Shown piece by piece: positions 37,386 to 64,000 of a DNA stretch of 64,000 nucleotides. Under the pieces are notes generated by a model. It was not told where the DNA came from, made no database searches, and saw only the letters and a program-made list of their open reading frames with translations. Position 1 is the stretch's first letter, and each line of letters opens with the position of its first letter. The position numbers were made by a program, and so were the translations under genes. This DNA comes from Paraspadella gotoi (lineage: Eukaryota; Animalia; Chaetognatha): contig CM119265.1 of the NCBI GenBank assembly GCA_051294375.1, positions 24,097,684-24,161,683 on the forward strand, in the 5' to 3' direction.

Positions 37386-40300
37386 ATGTCCTCCATCTTT
37401 GTGGATTATTTGCATTTGCTTTTTTTTTTCTCATCCATCTTGATTTTCATCGACGTTTTTCTTTCTTTTCGCCGACGGGCAAGCAAGAAAGAAAGAAAAA
37501 AAAGAAAGAAAGAATGAATGAATGAATGAATGAATGAATGAATGAATGAATGAATGAATGAGAATAAATAGATCAATAAATCAATAAATCAATTAATAAA
37601 TGAATGAATGAATGATTGATTGATTGATTGATTGATTGAATGAATGAATGAATGAATGAATGAATGAATGATTGAATGAAAGAAAGAAAGAAAGAAAGAA
37701 AGAGAAAAACATTTCCATCTCTCTGACGTCTTTTTCTCTCAAGTCTTTTCTCTTTTTTCTATTAACGACTCTTTTTTCTTTCTTGCCTCATTTTGACTTT
37801 TACTTAACTCTCAGTTCTTCCCATTCATCTCTCTGTATTTTCCCTTCTTTTTAGTTTTCTTTTTCCGCCTTATTTCATATTTTCTTTTCCAGCCACACTT
37901 TACCTACCCTGTTGCCTCTTCTTCACTCCCTTACCACCGTCCCTACCAACCACCCCTAACTTACTCAAATAAACTTAACCTCCTTGGTTAAATCGCTTTC
38001 CTCCTTTGATTGTCAACTTCTCTTCCTTCATGACATCGTCTGATTTTACTGAAGCCTGCTTCGCCTGTTAATCTTTCCCACGTCTTCATGTCCAGTCACT
38101 TTATTGGCTCAGCCAATCAAAGGTCGTCGCTGAGTCAATCAAAGGTCAATCAAAGGTCGTCGCTGAGCCAATCAGGCGGTCGCACACATCGAATCACAAA
38201 TCGAAATTCAGTCAATTCAAGCAGCAGTCAAGTCAATTCAATTCAATTCAATTCAATTCAATTCAGTCAATTCAAGCAGCAGGCCTAAGCGATTTACTTG
38301 CTGTTTTTCCGCGCCAATGAGTACATGTACATGTACATCATCCATGTATTTTACTTTGTACATTTTACATGTATATTTATACTCTTTGGCATTATCATTT
38401 CTCTTTCCTACTCTTTTCCCCCCTCATCCTCTTTCCCGCCAATCGCCAGGTGATTCCCCCTTCCCTCCTTCCGTGGATGGCACCTCCAAGCAAAACTCCG
38501 CAGCAGGTGCGAGAAACGAGCTTAATTGTTGTTGTTGTTGTTGTCGTTATCGTTGCGTCGATCTCGTTAGAAATAGTTGATTCCATTTAGAGACTTTGTG
38601 GCGTATAATCACACCGCCTCACGTCCACCATCCTTCAGCCCAAGATCCATTGGCTCAGAGGGGACAAGCACCATCCCAGGCGTAGTGTTCCATCCACAGT
38701 CCTAACGACTTCCCTCTGCGTTGGCAAAGCGACCCGCCTAGGTAACCGCGCCAGTGACGTGGATGCGTCACTGAGGGTCGAAGCCCCCAAAGCCAACAGT
38801 GAGATGCCCCATCCCAATGGGCATTCACAGGCAACCCGGCTGTTGCCATAACTTTATATTTCCAGATGAGGAGAAGGAGGGAATTACGTAGGAACGGCTT
38901 TTTGTAATGTTTTATTTCTTTTAAGCAAGGGTAGGGTTTGCTTATTTTTTAAATTATACTACGCTGTNNNNNNNNNNCATAATATTCGCTTCTAGACAAA
39001 CTTTTACAGAGCTGAAAAAAAACAACATCTCATATGACAAGAACGATATTTCTCTTTTTATATTGTTTAGTTATATAATCCAATCGATACTTTATTCATG
39101 AATCGGTCCCCTTATGTTTCATTCATTGACCACCTTCAGGCGAAATGTCCGCGACGCAGCCCAACGCCGCGCCCGATTCCGCCGTTGTCGCCATCCGTTG
39201 GTGGGAAGAAAAAATGGCGAACAAAAGCGCAACGTTTTCGTCGTCGTCGTCGTCGGCGACGATGACGACGACGACGACTCTCACGCCTTCGGATCATCGT
39301 TATCGCAGCTCCACCAATTCGGAAGGTAAAAGGGGAGTGGGGGAGAGGAAGAGAGAGGGGAATGGGGTGAGGGGGTGAGATAAGAATGGCAAGAGAAGAG
39401 AGAAGAAGAGATAAAAGGAAAGAAGGGAAGGAAGGAAGCTTGGAAAAAGGAGCGAGAAAGAGTGTAAAAGAAATGGAAACCAGTGGCTGCGCCAATACAT
39501 GTAAATCGCTTTCAAGGGCTTAAGCTGAACCGTTACTGTGGCACTAATAATACTTTGATACTTGAAAATTTTTTTTAGGATAGTAATTTGGGAGATATTA
39601 TGAGAAAATAATGAAATAAGTATAAAAGAGCGAAAGATGGGATTAGATGTAAAGAACTAGAAAAAAGTCGGATAGAAAAGCGGAGAATGGAAAAGGAAAA
39701 TGAAGGAAGATGGTAGAAGTGGAAAAAGAGAGAGAGAGAAAGAAATGGAAGACAAGAGAAGCAAAAAAAAGTAGATAATCTAAAGGAGAGGAAAGAATGA
39801 GAAGAGTTAAAAAAGGACGGGAGGAAATTAGGTCTCGGAAACCATTAACTTCCTCTGGTTCCTTCTTTGTCTTTCGCGAAAAAACCAACGGTTTGGAACG
39901 GAGGGACGAAGGGGGGGGGGGGAAATTGTTAAGTGGGAACGAAATAATTGGTTATTTATTTCTATGAAGAATTACGAAGTTTTTTGCTGATTACCCAAGT
40001 TACAGATTCTTATGGTAATAATTCTTCAAGCGAGCTTTTCAAAAACATTTGTTGTTTTCTTTTGACTAAAACGGAAAGAAATTTGTATTTATACCAAGAA
40101 TATTTTTTGAATTTTGCATCATATTATTATTATATTTGTTGATCGCAAACACAATAAACAACAACGAAACTAAAGGAAAAACCACCATCTATTTTTAATA
40201 ATGATACTCTATATTTAATCCATTATAAGCTTAACGATTCACTTACCTTCCCCCAACCCCGCACCGTCTCCCGGTTTTCTTTCCAGCCTCGAAATTGAAC

Positions 40301-41010
40301 CTCGAACCGAAAATGGACGACGTCATCGAAAATTTTCAACCCATTTTCGAGGAGACGCGCGGAGGCCTCGAGGCGAGAGGGGACGAAGGTAAGGAAAGGG
40401 GTGAGTTGACGAGGACGAAGATAAAGAAATAAAGAAAATGTGACTTGTAAAAAAGAGAGATAGTTTAGTTTGCGATGCTTGCTGCATTGCGGATGATACG
40501 AATGTAAAGCCATGCGGCCGAGTCAGGTTGAATTTTTCGAGCTTTTTTCTTGAAAGACATGAATCTGGCTTAGTGGGCTTGATGGAGACAGAGTCGGGAA
40601 AAAGGTGGGTTTTGGGTCTGCGAGTTTGAAAAACTCTGTCGGAGTGAAATGTGATTCGAAGACATTTAGGAGACATTTGGAAATTGATGATAAATGCACT
40701 TGTGAGAATAAGTTAAGTAACATTAGAAATGGATGGTAAACGCACATGCGAGAGTGAGTTAACTTTAGAAATTGACGATAAGAGTTAGTTAAGCGAAGAT
40801 ATTTTTTGAAACCGGTTTAAGACGAACGAAAGTCCGACGAGAATTTCTCACAGAAACTTAAAATAATTTCTGTCAAAAAAAAAAAAAAAAAATTGCTGGC
40901 GTTTTTGTATTGATCGACATTGAGATGCTAAGTTTGGCATTTTTGACAGAATTTCCGGATGAAAAAACAATAACTGGCACAAACACTCTATCGTAAAGTC
41001 GCGCTATGAA

Positions 41011-41072
<62 letters not shown>

Positions 41073-42490
41073 GAGAGAGAGAGGAGAGAGAGAGAGAGAG
41101 AAGAGAATACCAAAGCCTCTGCCATTCCCATCGTAAGAAGCGCTCAGCGTTTGAAGCCAATGGAACCGAGATTTTAGGCGGAGATTCGAATGGCCCTTCG
41201 AACTCTGTGCCACCGCCCCCCCTTCCGGAAAAAAAAGGCCAACTTTAAAAGCGATCGTTAAATTTGTCACTTGTCTCCGGCTTTAGTGCCGTTGGTGCCA
41301 TCTCCACGTGCAGTCCAGTACCATTTCAATGCCGTCTCGTGACTGACGTTCGTAGCGAGAGAGTGGCGCGAGCGTGAGAAGTGACAATGTCGTCTCGATG
41401 CAAAGGATTTGTGGCATCAGTGAGGTTCGGTGAAATTCACTCATAGCATTAGTGGCATTGGCTACTGGGCGCGTGAGATGTTTTTCGTTCTTTCGTTCTT
41501 TTTTTAATCTTCGCGAATTCTTTCTCTTTTCCTTTCTTTTCTTTTCTTTTCTTTTCTTTTCTTTTCTTTTCTTTTCTTTTCTTTTCTTTTCTTTTCTTTT
41601 CTTTTATTTTCTTTTCTTTTCTTTTTTGTTTCTCTCTTTTCTTTTCTTTTCTTTTCTTTTCTTTTCTTTTCTTTTCTTTTCTATTCTTTTCTTTCCTCTT
41701 TCCTTTATTGCCTAGATTTTTTTCCTCAGGCATTTTGTGTCATCTCAAGTTTCTCATATTTTTTTTTCTCTTATTCTATTTTCTCTTTAATCTTATCTTA
41801 TCTTTTTTTTTTCTTAGTTTTTTTTTCAGTTCATTTATTTTCTTTCTTTTTTCATGACTTATCTTTGTTTTCTGATTCACTTTGAATCTCACTGAAGGTT
41901 ATAATAATTTTTTATTATTTTTTTGGGAAAAAATTATTTATAAAATTTTAAAAAATGCTAAAAATTTAGAAAACAATTTACATAGAATAACCTTTTCATG
42001 GACTTTTTTTCAACGCTATATTATATAATATATATATATATATTTCAAAAAAGCAACTAATTAAACATTCTTCACCCCACCCCCTCCCCCTCTCCTCCAG
42101 ACTCCACCCTCCTCCCTCTCTCCGACACCCTCGTCACTCTCCTCTGTCTCGGCGCCTTCATCGTCGCACTCATCTTCCTCCTCGCCCTCCTCCTCTTCCT
42201 CCGTCGACGAGGCGTTTGGCTCAAAGGAACCAACCTCGTGGGATCCTACGAGAGGCAGAACATGTGGCACTTCAGCTACATGTCCTCGCCGGTCGGGACC
42301 ATCTGCGACTTGGTGAGTTTTTTATTTTGGAAGGGGGGCGGTGGGGGGGAGAGGTCTTTGGAAAAGGGTAAGGTTATAAAATTATTAAGTGTGGCGAATC
42401 TTATATTCGCCTCCTGTATAGCTTGGACAGATAAGTACTCGTTCACCAACCGCGAGTTTCGGGTTCAATCCCCTCACGGTGGTGGTATAA
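37386..42490 (+). CDS. Uncharacterised single-pass type I membrane glycoprotein (mucin-like stalk), multi-exon, right-arm copy
   Basis: Exons ~37386-37478 (MSSIFVDYLHLLFFFSSILIFIDVFLSFSPT, signal-like, probable GC donor, needs a 1-nt indel seen in the mirror copy), 38450-38506, 39140-39325 (S/T-rich), 40287-40388 (...EARGDE), ~40950-41472 (uncertain; contains a GA repeat and RKKRS), 42101-42312 (TM LVTLLCLGAFIVALIFLLALLLFL-RRR), 42422-42490 (LGQISTRSPTASFGFNPLTVVV stop). Ectodomain exons are all phase 1-1. Confidence 0.6.
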
Positions 42491-43610
42491 ACACGCTAGT
42501 GACAAGGGGTGGTCACTGACGTTCCAAAGCCCCGAGCGCCAGCTGTCGGGAGATGCCTCACACCCGGGGCATCACACATGTCTCCCCGTTGCAATATAGG
42601 CTTTTTTTGTCTAAATTGTAACGAATAAGTTTATGCATTATTATGTTAAACTATCTTTTCTTTATCCCTTTCTCGGTAAACTTTACTTTTGCCGGTTAAT
42701 TTTTGCTTTAGCTGTTTTGGAGTTGGAGCGATAAGCGCTGCTGATTTTCGAACGTTTTTATTTTTAATGAATGAATCATAAACTTATTCTCTACGAGTTT
42801 CTGAAACGTGTTTCGCTTGGTTCTGTTATAAAAATACGATTTTCGAACGCTTTCTCTGAACAGTCGAAGCTTTAAACGCTTCAAACGCTGGCAAGAATAT
42901 AGATTCTTATACAACATACGTTAGTAAATTGGAATTCTTAAACTGGACTGACGTGCGTTTCTATACTTGATTATTCTTGCAACTAAATGGAATGGGATCT
43001 CAACGGAAGTAACATTAAAAGGTCAAGCGAAAGGTTACATTTTATTTTAATTGATTGTACATATGAAAATATAATCAATATGGTAAAACAGCCGAAAATT
43101 GGGTTTAAAAAAAAACTAAAATTGCTTTTTGAGGCGAAATTCCATTGACATTTGGAGCAATTTCTCGATTGGTTTCAAATTACGCAAAATCACTTGGCTG
43201 AGGACGAAAGCGAATAAAAGTGCTCGTATAATATGTGTAAAACATACTATAACAAACGTTATTATAACTCGGGAATAATACGATCAAACTTCAAACTGGT
43301 ATAAAACCTTAATGGTATCTATGTATGCGAAAGTATAAATTTTATTGAAAAATAAATAGTTAAATACTAAAGAGTCATCAAGGCAGTCGTAATGTCATTT
43401 TTTAACATATCTATGTAAAAATAGAGAAGGTCAGGCGAATTACGAATCGAAAGAGACCATACAAAACAAACGAATGAAGACAAACTAACAAACGAACAGA
43501 CAAATAAATAAACAAACAAACATTCAAAATACTGATGTTGAACAAAATGAAGAGGTAGAAAAAAAAAACTAGGGAGAGAGATTAAATGAACATGAAATGA
43601 ATAAGAGGGA

Positions 43611-43664
<54 letters not shown>

Positions 43665-43668
43665 TTCG

Positions 43669-49158
<5,490 letters not shown>

Positions 49159-49664
49159 CTGGAGGGCGGGAGGGAAAAAGAAAGATATGGGGATGGATGA
49201 GGTGAAAAAGATAAACAGGAGTCGCTTTCGCTGTGGGAATTTATTGTTTTTCGATCCGTTGGAAAGAGATTGAAAGCGTGGCAGAGTTCACGATCCAACA
49301 ACACGCTGAAGGCTGGGCTTTATAAAATCATTTTTAACTGGTATTAGATTGTCAGCTAGTATTGGCTAAAATAATTACGAAACCAGTTCTTTAAAATCTA
49401 TCAAACAGCAAATTATAAATTTCAATTAGTTTTAAGTAAAATAGCTGTCAAAATCGCAACTCCTCACAAAATTAAAGTTCTGCCGAAATCAATCATTTCT
49501 TTACCGAAGTTTTGCTACAATCCGACGACTTTTATTCTTTTTACTATTAATCGCCTTCTGTATTCAATTATCGAGATATAATTTGCTGTAATCCTCACCA
49601 TATCCATCATCAATGAATATGCTGCAATGCACATCTAAAAATCTGCTGCAATCCACACCTGAAT

Positions 49665-49974
49665 CCTCCTCGCCCTCCTCCTCTTCCTCCGTCGACGAGG
49701 CGTTTGGCTCAAAGGAACCAACCTCGTGGGATCTACGAGAGGCAGAACATGTGGCACTTCAGCTACATGTCCTCGCCGGTCGGGACCATCTGCGACTTGT
49801 GCGTTTTTTATTTTGGAAGGGGGGCGGTGGGGGGGAGAGTCTTTGGAAAAGGGTAAGGTTATAAAATTATTAAGTGTGGCGAATCTTATATTCGCCTCCT
49901 GTATAGCTTGGACAGATAAGTACTCGTTCACCACCGCGAGTTTCGGGTTCAATCCCCTCACGGTGGTGGTATAA
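49665..49974 (+). pseudogene. 3' fragment (half TM plus cytoplasmic tail) of the orphan membrane protein gene, created by the tandem duplication
   Basis: Sequence from 49665 repeats 42177 onward (cctcctcgccctcctcctcttcctccgtcgacgagg...) through ...FNPLTVVV stop. Confidence 0.65.
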
Positions 49975-51098
49975 AACACGCTAGTGACAAGGGGTGGTCA
50001 CTGACGTTCAAAGCCCGAGCGCCAGCTGTCGGAGATGCCTCACACCCGGGGCATCACACATGTCTCCCGTTGCAATATAGGCTTTTTTGTCTAAATTGTT
50101 AAACGAATAAGTTTATGCATGTATTATGTTAAACTATCTTTTCTTTATCCCTTTCTCGGTAAACTTTACTTTTCCAGTGTAATTTTTGCTTTAGCTGTTT
50201 TGGAGTTGGAGCGATAAGCGCTGCTGATTTTCGAACGTTTTATTTTTAATGAATGAATCATAAACTTATTCTCTACGAGTTTCTGAAACGTGTTTCGCTT
50301 GGTTCTGTTATAAAAAATACGATTTTCGAACGCTTTCTCTGAACAGTCGAAGCTTAAACGCTCAAACGCTGGCAAAGATATAGATTCTTATACACATACG
50401 TTAGTAATAATTGGAATTCTTAAACTGGACTGACGTGCGTTTCTATACTTGATTATTCTTGAACTAAATGGATGGGATCTCAACGGAAGTAACAATTAAA
50501 AGGTCAAGCGAAAGGTTACATTTTATTTTAATTGATTGTACATATGAAAATATAATCAATATGGTAAAACAGCCGAAAATTGGGTTTAAAAAAAAACTAA
50601 ATTGCTTTTTGAGGCGAAATTCCATTGACATTTGGAGCAATTTCTCGATTGGTTTTCAAATTACCAAAATCACTTGGCTGAGGACGAAAGCGAATAAAAG
50701 TGCTCGTATAATATGTGTAAAACATACCTATAACAAACGTTATTATAACTCGGGAATAATACGATCAACTTCAAACTGGTATAAAACCTTAATGGTATCT
50801 ATGGTATGCGAAAGTATAAATTTTATTAAAAATAAATAGTTTAAATACTAAAGAGTCATCAAGGCAGTCGTAATGTATTTTTAACATATCTAATGTAAAA
50901 ATAGAGAAGGTCAGGCGAATTACGATCGAAAGAGACCATACAAAACAAACGATGAGAACCAAACTACAAACGAACAGACAAATAAATAAACAAACAACAT
51001 TCAAAATACTGATGTTGAACAAAATGAGAGGTAGAAACAAAAAAACTAGGGAGAGAGATAAAATGAACATGAAATGAATAAGAGGGAGAGGAGAGAGA

Positions 51099-51146
<48 letters not shown>

Positions 51147-51166
51147 AGGAGGAGAGAGATATATCG

Positions 51167-63565
<12,399 letters not shown>

Positions 63566-64000
63566 CTTAGACTTCCGATGAAGTTAAGATCCTTGCAGAG
63601 AGTAAATGGGATAGATATAATATAAAATTAAAATTCAACGAATTAATAATAAAATATGGAAAAAAAAACTGAATGAAAGTATGAAGGAATGAGATATAAA
63701 AGTAACTAAGAAAGAAAGAAAGAGAGAGAGAAAGAACGAAAGAAAAAAAGAAAAAAATACGAAAGAAATACTGAAAAAAAGAAAAAAAGAAATAATAATG
63801 AAAGAAAGAAAGATTGAAAGAAAGAAAGATTGAGAGAAAGAAAGAAAGATTGAAAGAAACAAAGAAACAAAGAAAAAAATAAAAAAAATAAGAGAAAGGC
63901 TTAATTTTAAAAGAGGAAAGAAATGAAAAATTCTAAATTTAATCTCGGCGAAACAGTTCCTTCTAGGAGTCTACGTCGTTCTTAGAAATCGAGGAAGACT

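Noticed and set aside
50468-50839. 123-aa AT-rich ORF between the convergent genes
   Set aside because: Not open in the other two copies of this segment and no recognisable motif; probably UTR or intergenic DNA.

Overview
Eukaryotic (probably invertebrate animal) genomic scaffold: AT-rich, intron-rich, dense in (CT/GA)n, (TGAA)n and (GAAAA)n microsatellites, with nine N gaps. Most ORF-track entries are simple-repeat artefacts; the genes below were rebuilt by hand from splice signals and phase. (1) A divergent SID-1/SIDT family multipass membrane gene occurs three times: a full-length minus-strand copy (~51167-63565), a minus-strand copy of the TM2-to-end exons that is almost entirely in frame (43669-49158), and a 5'-truncated plus-strand copy (22513-29029). 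(2) An orphan type I membrane protein gene (signal peptide, Ser/Thr stalk, RGD, RKKR, TM, C-terminal TVVV) has two full inverted copies and one 3' fragment. (3) A phase-consistent plus-strand exon chain at ~1965-21823 resembles a TGF-beta prodomain and stops at the rearrangement junction. The copies arise from a giant inverted repeat (~13-14 kb arms, centre ~36436-36597) plus a ~7.5 kb direct tandem duplication (junction 49664/49665). SID-1 copies 1 and 3 share frameshifting indels, and 25-N gaps lie at the palindrome centre and in the array at the end of the duplicated unit, so an assembly or gap-fill artefact is at least as likely as a real rearrangement. The clearest unusual signal is that tandem arrays reiterate the 5' splice donor directly after exons in two unrelated genes (24-mer in SID-1, 30-mer in the TGF-beta-like gene).
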